From Actinomycetota bacterium (GTDB lineage: Bacteria > Actinomycetota > Humimicrobiia > Humimicrobiales > Humimicrobiaceae): a stretch of DNA of 51,010 nt. The notes below the pieces were generated by a model, which made no database searches, was not told where the DNA came from, and was given only the letters and a program-made list of their open reading frames with translations. Both the position numbers and the translations under genes were made by a program. Shown here piece by piece: positions 10,459 to 20,735 of the stretch (position 1 is the stretch's first letter; every line of letters starts with the position of its first letter). The stretch lies in NCBI GenBank assembly GCA_026392215.1, contig JAPLCN010000144.1, positions 1 through 51,010 of the forward strand, in the 5' to 3' direction.

Positions 10459-11673
10459 ATGGAAGGTAACATTTATGACGTGGCAATAATCGGGGCCGGC
10501 CCTGCCGGGGCAAGCCTTGCTTATTTTTTATCCGGGTTTAATTTAAAAGTCGCCCTTATTGAAAAGAAAAAATATGCTGATACTCCGGTAAGATGCGCTG
10601 AACTTGTTCCGAAAGCAATAACACAGTTATACGGTGATAAAATTGACGGAATTAATAATGAAGTCAGCCAAATGGAAACATATATTGAAGGCAGCCTGGC
10701 AAATATAATAAAATCCCCAGGCTTTATTCTGGACAGGAACATATTTGTTGATTTTCTGATAAAAAGTTTTTTAAAAAAAGGCGGAACATATTTAAACTCA
10801 TCAACTTTTTTAAATGCCTTGCATCTGGATAATAGCAGACAAAAGCATAAAAGTGATTTAAGCGTAAAACTTGCTGAAAATAGCAGCAGAAAATTTTTAT
10901 CTGCAAATATACTGAACGGGATTTCAATAAAAGTTAAGCAAAAAGATAAAATTATAAACTTAAAAACAAAAATTTTAGTTGGAGCAGATGGTCCGAATTC
11001 TGCGGTTGCTAAAATCATGAACTCTTTTTCTGATACTGATAATAAAGTTCAAAAGAAAATTCCATCAGGCAGTTGTTATATTGCAGGTTTTCAGGAAAAC
11101 CTTACAAAAGAAACAAATTATGAAAACAATACAAAAATATTTTTTTATCCGCATCTTACCTGCGGCTACGGATGGCTGTTTCCAAAAAAAAGCAGTATTA
11201 ATATAGGGGTGGCAATAAGCATGGAAGCTGTGAAAAGAGATGGTTTAAAAAATACTTACCAAAGATTTAAAAATGAATTAATAAAAAATAATGCTATCAG
11301 TGGAAATGAAAAACAAAATGGTGTTATTTCCGGCCTGGTTCCAGTCAGTGGTATCAGCCCTGAAGTTGTTAAAGATAATGTTATGCTTATTGGTGATGCT
11401 GCAGGGCTTTGCAACCCGATAACAGGTGCAGGCAATTTTAATGCTGCAGTTTCTGCAAAAATTGCTTCAGAATATATAAAAAAAGCTTTAAGCTCAAGCA
11501 GTCTTAATGTTTTAAAAGAGGCTGACAAGGAGATTAATAACTTTTTTAATGTAAGTCTTTCTCACGGCCGGAGTAAAAGGAAAATGCTTGAAGCAAACTG
11601 GACAACAAATGATTTTGAAGGCCTGATTAAAAAAACATGGATATCTTTTAGAGATTACTGGCACGAAAGATAA
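10459..11673 (+). CDS. FAD-dependent oxidoreductase, geranylgeranyl-reductase family (LipT-like by context)
   Basis: IIGAGPAG, GADG, GYGWLFP, IGDAAGLCNPITGAG. Confidence 0.85.
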   Translation: MEGNIYDVAIIGAGPAGASLAYFLSGFNLKVALIEKKKYADTPVRCAELVPKAITQLYGDKIDGINNEVSQMETYIEGSLANIIKSPGFILDRNIFVDFLIKSFLKKGGTYLNSSTFLNALHLDNSRQKHKSDLSVKLAENSSRKFLSANILNGISIKVKQKDKIINLKTKILVGADGPNSAVAKIMNSFSDTDNKVQKKIPSGSCYIAGFQENLTKETNYENNTKIFFYPHLTCGYGWLFPKKSSINIGVAISMEAVKRDGLKNTYQRFKNELIKNNAISGNEKQNGVISGLVPVSGISPEVVKDNVMLIGDAAGLCNPITGAGNFNAAVSAKIASEYIKKALSSSSLNVLKEADKEINNFFNVSLSHGRSKRKMLEANWTTNDFEGLIKKTWISFRDYWHER

Positions 11674-11726
11674 ATGACTTACAAAAAACTAAATTAATCA
11701 ACAATAACTAATTATCCTAATCGGAA

Positions 11727-12094
11727 TTGACACTCTCTACGGCTAAAGCCAGGAGATTCTTAAGTGGTTAGCGCCCTCTGTCCGTTTCCGTTTCGGGCAA
11801 CCCTTAAGTTTGGGGCTGTGTCAGATAGCCCATCCCGAGAAGGATATACAATCTCGGGCAGCGATGCTGTTACCACATCGCCAGATAGTTTTACTTATAA
11901 GATTTTATGTATTTCAAGATTTGGAAATACAACCTCATATCTTATCAAAGAACTATTTATAGCGTGCGGCATTAAGCCACAGGCTCGGTTGATTGCTCAA
12001 CTATAAAAAGTTTATCAAAAATGAAGAATATTGTCAAAAAAAACTGCCATTCATCTCCATGATTGAAATCGGGAGCTTTCTGGCAAGAAAGAGT
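11727..12094 (-). mobile_element. Non-autonomous IS200/IS605-family element without transposase, enclosing a highly structured non-coding sequence
   Basis: On the minus strand: TTAC flank (12095-12098), left-end-like GCCAGAAAGCTCCCGATTTCAATCATGGAGATGAATGGC, right-end-like AGAATCTCCTGGCTTTAGCCGTAGAGAGTGTCAA; several internal hairpins; no credible ORF. Confidence 0.7.
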
Positions 12095-12096
12095 GT

Positions 12097-12129
12097 AAGG
12101 AAGCAAGAGAACCGTCCCCTTGCTTCCTT
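12097..12129 (+). repeat. REP-like palindrome, copy 1
   Basis: 11-bp perfect stem AAGGAAGCAAG/CTTGCTTCCTT around the loop AGAACCGTCCC. Confidence 0.75.
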
Positions 12130-12222
12130 CTTACATAAATTTTTTAATATGATAAAATATGCACAATTAATAATTTGGATAATTAAATTGCTTAAAGCAA
12201 AACTGCTTTCAGGAGTGATTAT

Positions 12223-13167
12223 TTGCAGGATTTAAAAGAAAATATAAAAGATTTTAGTACTCAAAAACCTGACAGGCAAAAGGTTGTTTCAATTATTATT
12301 GTAAGTTTTAACAGCCTAAAATTTTTAAAAAAATGCATTGATTCAATAATAAAATTCCCGCCCAGGCTTACCGAAGACCAGTATGAGATCATTATTATTG
12401 ACAATAACTCCAGTGATGGTTCAGCAGAGCTTATTGAAAAGAATTACTTCAAATACAGTTTTGTAAAGTTAATAAAAAATAATGCAAATATGGGTTTTTC
12501 CTATGCAAACAACCAGGCAATAAAAAGTACAAATTCCAGGTATTTTCTTTTTATTAACAGCGACACTGAAGTATATGAAAATTCCATAAGCGGATTAATT
12601 GAATTTTTTGAAGAATCCGCCGTGAAAGGAATAAATATCGGGGTTGCAGGTCCTAAAATAATCAATTCTGACGGTTCAATCCAGCTTTCATGCAGGCGGT
12701 TCCCTTCTTTTATCAATGCTGCTTTTTATACCATTCTTGCAGGCATAAAGCCGGATAATAAATTTTCAAGAAGGTATAAACTGGCGGATGCTGACAGAAG
12801 CCAGCCGTTTGAAGTTGACTGGGTATCAGGTTCTGCAATGATGGTTTCAGGAAATGCCATTGGTAAAGCGGGCATGTTTGATGAGAAATATTTTATGTAT
12901 GTTGAAGATGTTGATTTATGCTACAGAATGTGGCAGAAAAAACTTATGGTTTATTACTATCCTTTTGTAAAGGTGCTTCATCACATCGGGGGCAGCGGAG
13001 AAAATAACTTAGTTCTCCCGCAGGTAAGAATGCAAAAAAGTGTAATGTATTTCTATATTAAAACGTATAAAAAAAGCTGGAAAATAATCCTTATCCCTCT
13101 GGTGTATCCTGTTCTGGGTTTTAGAATTCTAATAACTTATTTAAAAAACATTAATAAAAAAAAATAA
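12223..13167 (+). CDS. GT2 glycosyltransferase (WbbL-like), paralog of 3136..4125
   Basis: SD AGGAG before TTG; IIVSFN, DNNSSDG, INSD, VDWVSGSAM, FDEKYFMYVEDVDLC. Confidence 0.9.
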   Translation: MQDLKENIKDFSTQKPDRQKVVSIIIVSFNSLKFLKKCIDSIIKFPPRLTEDQYEIIIIDNNSSDGSAELIEKNYFKYSFVKLIKNNANMGFSYANNQAIKSTNSRYFLFINSDTEVYENSISGLIEFFEESAVKGINIGVAGPKIINSDGSIQLSCRRFPSFINAAFYTILAGIKPDNKFSRRYKLADADRSQPFEVDWVSGSAMMVSGNAIGKAGMFDEKYFMYVEDVDLCYRMWQKKLMVYYYPFVKVLHHIGGSGENNLVLPQVRMQKSVMYFYIKTYKKSWKIILIPLVYPVLGFRILITYLKNINKKK

Positions 13168-13382
13168 AGATTTTTTAGTTTAAAGCTGCTATTGTTTTTT
13201 GATTTATAACAAAAATAAATATAGAATATTATTCACAACAAAGACGGTCTGTTTATTAAATTAAAAATTAAGGCAAAGCTTAATAAAATAAGGATAAATA
13301 GCGCAAATTCTGGTATAAATTATGTTATTAATTTCAGGAAAAATATGATACTTGGCATAACGACTAGAAAGGGAATAATTTT

Positions 13383-14345
13383 TTGAGAATTTTAATTACC
13401 GGCATCAATGGTTTTGTAGGTGGTCATCTTGCCAATTTTCTATATAATAAGAATGAAAGCTATGAAATAGTAGGGCTTGATTTAAATACCTCTGATTTTT
13501 TTACACGGTTTCAGGGCAGGATGGGAAAAATAAGGCTTGTAAATATTGACTTGACTGATGCCGTAAAAATTGAGGAGCTTATAAAAGAGTTCAAGCCGGA
13601 GCAGGTTTATCATCTTGCTGCGCAGGCTTCTGTGAGCGAATCATGGAAAAACCCGATTGAGACTTTTAAGGTCAATGTTTTTGGCGGGGTCAATATTCTT
13701 GAAAGTATCAGAAAATTTTATGCCATCTGCAAGTTTCTTTCTGTCTGCACTGCTGAAGAATATGAAATAATGAAAAATAACGGGTGTGCAATTGCCGAGG
13801 ACGCAAAAATTTCTCCATCAAACCCTTATGCGATAAGCAAGTCAGCACTGGACTTTTTTTCCACCACTTATTTTACCGCATACAAAATTCCTGTTTTTGT
13901 AAGCCGTTCCTTTAATCATATAGGTCCAGGGCAATCTGAAAGATTTGTGTGTTCGGATTTTGCAAGGCAGATAGCAGAGATAGAAAAAGGAGTAAGAGAG
14001 CCAAAGATCTATGTCGGCAATCTTGCTGCATACAGGGATTTTCTGGATGTAAGGGATGTCATAAAGGCTTATTATTGCATTATGAACAAGGGCAAAGCCG
14101 GAGAAGTATACAATATATGCTCGGGTGAAAAACAAAGGATTTCTGATTTGCTTGACATACTGCTGTCTTTCAGCAGTAAAAAAAATATAGAAATAAAAAT
14201 AGATAATTCAAAGTTAAGGCCTATTGATAACGAAGTAATATATGGAGATAATTCAAAATTAAAAAAGCACACAGGATGGAATCAGGATTATACAATTAAA
14301 CAAGCTTTAAAAGACACGTTAGAATATTGGAGGCAAAAAGTATGA
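13383..14345 (+). CDS. GDP-4-keto-6-deoxy-D-mannose reductase-like NDP-sugar SDR (Rmd-like)
   Basis: ITGINGFVG, HLAAQASV, PYAISK, RSFNHIGPGQ, GNL...RDFLDVRDV; adjacent to gmd. Confidence 0.75.
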   Translation: MRILITGINGFVGGHLANFLYNKNESYEIVGLDLNTSDFFTRFQGRMGKIRLVNIDLTDAVKIEELIKEFKPEQVYHLAAQASVSESWKNPIETFKVNVFGGVNILESIRKFYAICKFLSVCTAEEYEIMKNNGCAIAEDAKISPSNPYAISKSALDFFSTTYFTAYKIPVFVSRSFNHIGPGQSERFVCSDFARQIAEIEKGVREPKIYVGNLAAYRDFLDVRDVIKAYYCIMNKGKAGEVYNICSGEKQRISDLLDILLSFSSKKNIEIKIDNSKLRPIDNEVIYGDNSKLKKHTGWNQDYTIKQALKDTLEYWRQKV

Positions 14346-15457
14346 AAGCAGTTATACTTGCAGGGGGTTTTGGAACCAGAATCAGGCCGCTTACTTGTTT
14401 AAATCCCAAACCGATGCTGCCGTTAGTAAATAAACCATTCATGCATAATTTTATTTCATGGGTTAAATCACATGGAATCAAGGACATCATTTTGTCAACA
14501 GGCTATCTTCCGGGAGTTTTTGAAGATTATTTCGGGGATGGTAAAAATTTTGGAGTTAAATTAACTTATGTTACTGAAGAAGTTCCGCTGGGGACATGCG
14601 GGGCAGTCAAAAATGTTGAAGGCTATCTGGATAACGAAAGCTTTATGGTTTTTAACGGGGATGTATTATCGGGAATCAATCTGAGCGAAATGATGAAATA
14701 CCATAAGGATAAGAAGTCTGATATAACAATAGCGCTTACTCCGGTTGAAGACCCCACTTCTTACGGGCTGGTTCCTATTGACAAGGACGGCAGAGTTGAA
14801 AAGTTTCTTGAAAAGCCAAGCTGGGATGAAATGACAACCAATTTAATTAATGCAGGGGCATATATCATTGAGCGGAACCTGCTTGATCTGGTGCCGTCTA
14901 AAGAAAACTACTCTTTTGAAAGAGGGCTTTTCCCCAATGCGCTTGAGATAGGCTACAGGATTTACGGGCATGTTTCAAATGCATACTGGCTTGATCTTGG
15001 AACCCCGGCAAAATACCTTCAGGCCCATCAGGATATATTAAACGGGAAGATAAGCTTTAATTTTCAGGGAGAAGAACTTTTTAAAAATATTTACCTGGGA
15101 AAATTTTCCAAATTCCATAAGGAAAGCCTGTTGTCGGGACCTATAGTAATAGGTGAAAACTGTGTTATTGAAAGCGGAGCAGTCATAAATCCCTTGACAG
15201 TAATTGGAAATAACTGCCACATCTTAAGCGATGCACATATAAGCGGAAGCATTATCTTTGACGGCTGCAAGGTTGGAAGAGGCTGCATAATAAAGGATTC
15301 AATATTATCTTATAATGTTCAGGCGGGAGATAAGGTAATCATAGAGGGCAATTCCGTTATCGGAGACAACACAATAATAAGTGACGGCAATATTTTTAAA
15401 AACGGCATCAAGATCAATATAAATTCAAATATTAATCCGGGCGAAATCAGTTTTTAA
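14342..15457 (+). CDS. Mannose-1-phosphate guanylyltransferase-like NDP-sugar pyrophosphorylase with left-handed beta-helix
   Basis: ILAGGFGTRIRPLT...PKPM, PLGTCGA, NGD, WLDLGTP, hexapeptide repeats; ATG 14342 follows SD GGAGG and overlaps the upstream stop. Confidence 0.85.
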   Translation: MKAVILAGGFGTRIRPLTCLNPKPMLPLVNKPFMHNFISWVKSHGIKDIILSTGYLPGVFEDYFGDGKNFGVKLTYVTEEVPLGTCGAVKNVEGYLDNESFMVFNGDVLSGINLSEMMKYHKDKKSDITIALTPVEDPTSYGLVPIDKDGRVEKFLEKPSWDEMTTNLINAGAYIIERNLLDLVPSKENYSFERGLFPNALEIGYRIYGHVSNAYWLDLGTPAKYLQAHQDILNGKISFNFQGEELFKNIYLGKFSKFHKESLLSGPIVIGENCVIESGAVINPLTVIGNNCHILSDAHISGSIIFDGCKVGRGCIIKDSILSYNVQAGDKVIIEGNSVIGDNTIISDGNIFKNGIKININSNINPGEISF

Positions 15458-15542
15458 TTTTTTAAATAGCTTTTAGGTTTTGTAAAATTAAATTAAGGGC
15501 ACATAAAAATTAATATTAATTTAAATATTTAAGGAGGCTTTT

Positions 15543-16505
15543 TTGAAAAAAGCGCTTATTACAGGAATTACAGGCCAGGACGGCTCATATCTTGCAGAGC
15601 TTTTACTTGGTAAAGGCTATGAAGTTTACGGCATGGTAAGACGCTCATCTACAGAAAATTTCGGCAGGATCGAACATATAAGGGAAAAGATAAAATTCCT
15701 GCAGGCAGACTTGCTTGACCAGTTTTCTATAGTAAGTGCGGTTAAGGAAGCAAACCCTGATGAAATATATAATCTTGCAGCACAATCCTTTGTTCCGACT
15801 TCATGGGACCAGCCGGTGCTGACAGGAGAATTTACCGCACTTGGCGTTACGCGCATTCTTGAAGCAATAAGGCACGTAAACAGGGGAATCAAATTTTACC
15901 AGGCATCAAGCTCTGAAATGTTCGGCAAGGTACTGGAAGTTCCGCAAAAAGAAACTACACCTTTTTATCCGAGAAGCCCTTACGGGGTTGCAAAAGTTTA
16001 CGGGCATTATATAACTGTAAATTACAGAGAAAGCTACAATATTTTCGGCTGCTCCGGAATTTTATTTAATCATGAGTCTCCAAGAAGAGGGCTTGAATTT
16101 GTAACAAGAAAAGTGACATATAATGCTGTCAGAATTAAACTTGGCCTTCAGGACTTTATTTCTCTTGGAACCCTTGATGCAAAAAGAGACTGGGGTTTTG
16201 CAGGAGACTACGTTGAATCAATGTGGCTAATGCTTCAGCAGGATAATCCGGATAATTATGTTGTTGCAACAGGCGAAACCCATACTGTCCAGGAATTAAT
16301 AGAGGTTGCTTTTGAATATTTAAACCTGGACTGGAAAAATCATATAAAAATCGATCCTAAATTTATAAGGCCGGCTGAAGTTGAACTTCTGATTGGTGAC
16401 TCAAGCAAGGCAAGAGCTAAACTTGGCTGGAATCCAAAGGTAAGCTTTGAAGGCCTGGTAAAAATGATGGTAGACGCTGATTATAAATTACTTACAGGCA
16501 AGTGA
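15543..16505 (+). CDS. gmd: GDP-mannose 4,6-dehydratase
   Basis: [58 protein letters not shown]. Confidence 0.97.
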   Translation: MKKALITGITGQDGSYLAELLLGKGYEVYGMVRRSSTENFGRIEHIREKIKFLQADLLDQFSIVSAVKEANPDEIYNLAAQSFVPTSWDQPVLTGEFTALGVTRILEAIRHVNRGIKFYQASSSEMFGKVLEVPQKETTPFYPRSPYGVAKVYGHYITVNYRESYNIFGCSGILFNHESPRRGLEFVTRKVTYNAVRIKLGLQDFISLGTLDAKRDWGFAGDYVESMWLMLQQDNPDNYVVATGETHTVQELIEVAFEYLNLDWKNHIKIDPKFIRPAEVELLIGDSSKARAKLGWNPKVSFEGLVKMMVDADYKLLTGK

Positions 16506-16514
16506 CGAAAGCAA

Positions 16515-16544
16515 AAGGAAACAAGAGAACCGTCCCTTTGCTTC
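16515..16544 (+). repeat. REP-like palindrome, copy 2
   Basis: AAGGAAACAAGAGAACCGTCCCTTTGCTTC, just after the gmd stop. Confidence 0.7.
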
Positions 16545-16567
16545 TTTTAAGGGAGAGGGAAAATAAT

Positions 16568-18031
16568 TTGGAAAAAATAAAAAATAAAACAATAAAATTT
16601 GGAACAGACGGCTGGCGCAGCATTATCGCCAGGGATTTTACATTTGAAAAAGTCCAGCTTATTTCACAGGGGATAAGCGATTATTTAAAAAATAAAAAAA
16701 GCCCCAAGGGCAAAAATCCCAAAGTAGTCATTGGGTATGATACAAGGTTTTTGTCAGACTTGTTTGCAAAAAGCGCAGGTGAAATATTTGCTGCCAATGA
16801 AATTGAAACTGTATTTTCAGAAACATTTATCCCAACTCCTGTTCTTTCAAATGCTGTTGTTTCAAGGAGTGCCGATCTTGGAATAATGATAACTGCCAGC
16901 CACAATCCTTACATGTATAATGGCTATAAAATCAAGGGCCCTTACGGCGGGTCTGCCACAATGGATATAATTAATGATATTGAGGATTTTGTTAACAGCG
17001 GTATAAATAACGGGTCTTACCTTGAAAAGGTAAGAATAATAAGTAACAATAATAACTTTGCTGCTTGTTTTAAAACAGACAATTTTATGGCTGACTATAA
17101 AAAGCAGATCTTAGGACTGATTGATACAAAGCTTTTAAGAGAAATTGATTTTGATGTTTTAATTGATCCTATGTATGGTGCAGGTCAGGGCATTTACTTC
17201 TCAATTTTAAAAGAATTAGGCCTTAAAAATATACACGAGATCCACAATGTCTTTAATCCGTCGTTCGGAGGAATCAATCCGGAACCGATAGGAGACAATA
17301 TTGCCGAAGCTGTTAACTATGTTAAACAAAACAAAATGAGGGTAGGAATTTGTGTTGACGGTGATGCCGACAGGATTGGCGCCATAGGCGAGGATGGCAA
17401 TTTTATCAGCTCTCATCATATATTTGCAATAGTTCTTGCTGACTTGATTAAGAATAAAAAAACGAAAGGCAGAGTTATTAAAACTGTTACAACTTCTTCA
17501 ATTATTGACAGGATGGCAAAGAAAAACAACCTTGAATTATTTCAGACTCCTGTAGGTTTTAAATATATCGCAGAGGAAATAATGAAAGGCGATGTAATTA
17601 TGGGCGGAGAAGAAAGCGGAGGGCTCTGGATAAACGGCAATATCCCTGAAAGAGACGGAATGCTGATGGGGCTAAAGCTTTTGGAAATAATGTCAAAGGA
17701 AAATAAAACGTTAAATAGCATACTGGAAGAGCTTTACAGGGAATATGGCTATTTTGTTTACGAGCGCAACGATTATGAAATTGAAATAAGTGAAAGAGAC
17801 GAGCTTAAATTGATGCTTAAATTAAAAGTGCCGCTGCTTATTGAGAAAGAGAAGGTAAAAGAAGTCATTGCAATTGATGGCTTTAAATATATTCTTGAAG
17901 ACGGCAGCTGGCTTATGATAAGGCCAAGCGGAACAGAAGCAGTAGTCAGAGTTTACGGCGAAAGCTCAAATGAAGACAGGCTTAAAGATTTACTGAGAAT
18001 TGGAAAAAAAGTTATAGAAGGGAAAAATTAA
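16568..18031 (+). CDS. Phosphomannomutase/phosphoglucomutase
   Basis: FGTDGWR, ITASHNP, DGDADR, GGEESGG, RPSGTE. Start placed at TTG 16568 after GGAGAGGG; the longer ORF reads through a REP. Confidence 0.93.
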   Translation: MEKIKNKTIKFGTDGWRSIIARDFTFEKVQLISQGISDYLKNKKSPKGKNPKVVIGYDTRFLSDLFAKSAGEIFAANEIETVFSETFIPTPVLSNAVVSRSADLGIMITASHNPYMYNGYKIKGPYGGSATMDIINDIEDFVNSGINNGSYLEKVRIISNNNNFAACFKTDNFMADYKKQILGLIDTKLLREIDFDVLIDPMYGAGQGIYFSILKELGLKNIHEIHNVFNPSFGGINPEPIGDNIAEAVNYVKQNKMRVGICVDGDADRIGAIGEDGNFISSHHIFAIVLADLIKNKKTKGRVIKTVTTSSIIDRMAKKNNLELFQTPVGFKYIAEEIMKGDVIMGGEESGGLWINGNIPERDGMLMGLKLLEIMSKENKTLNSILEELYREYGYFVYERNDYEIEISERDELKLMLKLKVPLLIEKEKVKEVIAIDGFKYILEDGSWLMIRPSGTEAVVRVYGESSNEDRLKDLLRIGKKVIEGKN

Positions 18032-19102
18032 ATGAATATTTTAGACGATCTTGAGAAGATCAAAGCTTTAGATCCTGAAGATATGCTTGGGATAGAAGAA
18101 AATTTTTACAATCAGTTAAGCCAGGCAAAAATAATAGGTGAAAAGACAGACATATCAAAAATCAGAAGCAGGGATTTTGCAGGGCTGGCATTCCTGGGCA
18201 TGGGTGGTTCCGGATTTACCGGAGATATATTAAAAAGCCTGGTTAAATATGATATTTCAATTCCGGTAGAAACAGTTAAGGGATATAAGCTTCCTGCCTT
18301 TATAAACAAAAACTGGCTGGTAATAGCTGTAAGCTATTCGGGAGGAACTGAAGAAACTGTTGCTGCTGCCAGTGAAGCAATAAAGAGAGGCTGTGAAGTT
18401 ATATTTTCAACGTCAGGCGGCAAAATGGAAAAACTTGCGCGTGAAAATGATAAATGCCTTGTAAAAGTTCCGCAGGGTTACCAGCCAAGGGCTGCTTCCG
18501 GATATTTATTTCTACCTTTATATATATTGCTAGCAAGAATCGAGCTTATTGATGTGGATATGAAAATTATTGATAAAGCTATCTTAAATATTAAGGGAAA
18601 ATCAGAACTGTATAATAGAAATGTCTCTTCTGAAAATAATTTTGCAAAAAAATTAGCCATTGAAATCGGCACGAACCTGCCGGTTGTTTACGGGGTTGAA
18701 GGCATTATGTCACCAGTGGCATTCAGATGGAAATGTGAGATTAATGAAAATTCAAAATGCCCAGCTTTCTGGAATGAATTTCCCGAACTAAACCATAATG
18801 AGACTGTAGGGTGGGAAAGGCTTAAGGAAATAACAAAAAATTTTGTGCTGATAATTTTTAACGATAAAAGCCAGTCCCAAAGGATAAAAACAAGAATTGA
18901 AACCACTGTAGGATTAGTAAAAGATAATTTTAACAAAATTATTGAAATTGAAGTTGAAGGCGGCTCTGACTTTGAGAAAGCAATGAACACAATGTATCTT
19001 GGAGGGATATCCAGCGTTTATCTTGCGCTTTTGAACAATATAAACCCGACACCGGTTGAGAAGATAGGTGTCTTAAAGTCTGAACTTGCAAAAATTAATT
19101 AA
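18032..19102 (+). CDS. Bifunctional phosphoglucose/phosphomannose isomerase (PGI/PMI, SIS-domain type)
   Basis: GMGGSG, SYSGGTEET, QPRAA, RWKCEINENSK, PELNHNE. Confidence 0.92.
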   Translation: MNILDDLEKIKALDPEDMLGIEENFYNQLSQAKIIGEKTDISKIRSRDFAGLAFLGMGGSGFTGDILKSLVKYDISIPVETVKGYKLPAFINKNWLVIAVSYSGGTEETVAAASEAIKRGCEVIFSTSGGKMEKLARENDKCLVKVPQGYQPRAASGYLFLPLYILLARIELIDVDMKIIDKAILNIKGKSELYNRNVSSENNFAKKLAIEIGTNLPVVYGVEGIMSPVAFRWKCEINENSKCPAFWNEFPELNHNETVGWERLKEITKNFVLIIFNDKSQSQRIKTRIETTVGLVKDNFNKIIEIEVEGGSDFEKAMNTMYLGGISSVYLALLNNINPTPVEKIGVLKSELAKIN

Positions 19103-19354
19103 TACCTGATACATGGCCTGATGGAATCTAAATTTATTGAAATTTTTAAGACTTTAAAAACTAAAAGAATTTATAAAAAATTAAATTTATTACCTATGAA
19201 CTAATTAACTGTAACTTTCGTCTGGTATTTACTGATATTAAATAAATATTAAATAGAACCAAAAAATAATTTATAACTTTAAGGCAGTAAAAAAACTTTC
19301 AGGTTTACACTATAATAAATGTTAAAAAGTTTAAAATAAAAGAAGGGGTTTACA

Positions 19355-20620
19355 ATGGAATTTGATGTAAAAGATAAAAATTTATCCGGCCTTGGCAAAG
19401 ACAGGATTGAATGGGCTGAAGCAGATATGCCTGTTTTAAGAAGCATAAAAAAAGAATTCAGCAAAACCAAACCTTTGAAAGGCATAAGAATTGCTGCTTG
19501 CCTTCATGTGACAACAGAAACTGCAAATCTTATGATTACTTTAAAGGAAGGTGGAGCTGATGTATATTTATGTGCATCAAATCCATTAAGCACCCAGGAT
19601 GATGCTGCTGCCGCTCTTGTATCTGAATACGGCATATCCACGTTTGCTATAAAAGGCGAAGATAATGACACTTATTACAAGCATATAAACAGCGTGCTTG
19701 ACTTTAAACCGAATATAACAATGGATGATGGAGCCGACCTTGTTTCTATTTTGCACAGCAAAAGACTTGATCTTATTAAGAACATTGTTGCAGGAACTGA
19801 AGAAACCACAACAGGTGTTATAAGGCTTAAAAGCATGGAGGAGAATGGCGTGCTTCTTTATCCGATCATTGCCGTAAATGAAGCAAAAACAAAGCACTTT
19901 TTTGACAACAGATATGGAACAGGCCAAAGCACTCTTGACGGTATCATGAGAGCTACAAACGTGCTGCTTGCAGGGAGAAGATTTGTTGTGGTCGGCTACG
20001 GATGGTGCGGAAGAGGAGTTGCAATGAGGGCAAAGGGAATGGGCGCCGACGTAATTATACTTGAAATAAACCCGCTTAAAGCTCTTGAAGCAAGGATGGA
20101 CGGATTCCAGGTAATGAAAAATACAGAGGCTGCTTTAATAGGAGACATATTCCTGTCAGTTACAGGCAATAAGAATGTAATCGGCGAGCCCATACTTTCA
20201 AAATGCAAGGACAGGACCATAGTTGCAAACTCCGGCCATTTTGATGCTGAAATTGATTTAAATTATTTAAAGAAAAATTCCAGATCCGTCAGAAAAGTAA
20301 AGCCGATGGTTGAAGAATATTTAATGAATGACGGAAGAAGGATTTACGTGCTTGCAGAAGGCAGACTGGTAAATCTTGGAGCGGCAGAAGGGCATCCGGC
20401 AAGCGTAATGGATATGAGTTTTGCAAATCAGGCTTTCAGTGTTGAATATATTGCAAAACTTAAAAAAGAAGGCAGGAGCCTGGAGAAAAAAGTTTATACT
20501 GTTCCTGAAGATATCGATAAGAATATTGCAAAGCTTAAACTTGCCAGCATGGGAATTGAAATAGATAAGCTGACAAAAGAGCAGGAAGAATATCTTTCTT
20601 CATGGACGTCAGGAACCTAA
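19355..20620 (+). CDS. ahcY: Adenosylhomocysteinase (SAH hydrolase)
   Basis: [49 protein letters not shown]. Confidence 0.97.
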   Translation: MEFDVKDKNLSGLGKDRIEWAEADMPVLRSIKKEFSKTKPLKGIRIAACLHVTTETANLMITLKEGGADVYLCASNPLSTQDDAAAALVSEYGISTFAIKGEDNDTYYKHINSVLDFKPNITMDDGADLVSILHSKRLDLIKNIVAGTEETTTGVIRLKSMEENGVLLYPIIAVNEAKTKHFFDNRYGTGQSTLDGIMRATNVLLAGRRFVVVGYGWCGRGVAMRAKGMGADVIILEINPLKALEARMDGFQVMKNTEAALIGDIFLSVTGNKNVIGEPILSKCKDRTIVANSGHFDAEIDLNYLKKNSRSVRKVKPMVEEYLMNDGRRIYVLAEGRLVNLGAAEGHPASVMDMSFANQAFSVEYIAKLKKEGRSLEKKVYTVPEDIDKNIAKLKLASMGIEIDKLTKEQEEYLSSWTSGT

Positions 20621-20735
20621 AGTAAGTTTGAACTCAAATTATTTTTAAATTTAAATATTTATTTTTTAAAATTTACTTGTGATTTTAAAATAATTTTATC
20701 AACACAATATTTTTCTTAAAGGAAGCTGTTTTTAA

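Noticed and set aside
11764-12235. ORFs 11764..12006 and 11993..12235
   Set aside because: They lie across the IS-ended element and the REP; no protein motifs.
16502-16567. N-terminal extension of the phosphomannomutase
   Set aside because: It is a translation of REP copy 2; the SD favours TTG 16568.
19103-19354. SAH/SAM riboswitch upstream of ahcY
   Set aside because: The region is AT-rich, with no recognisable conserved riboswitch core.
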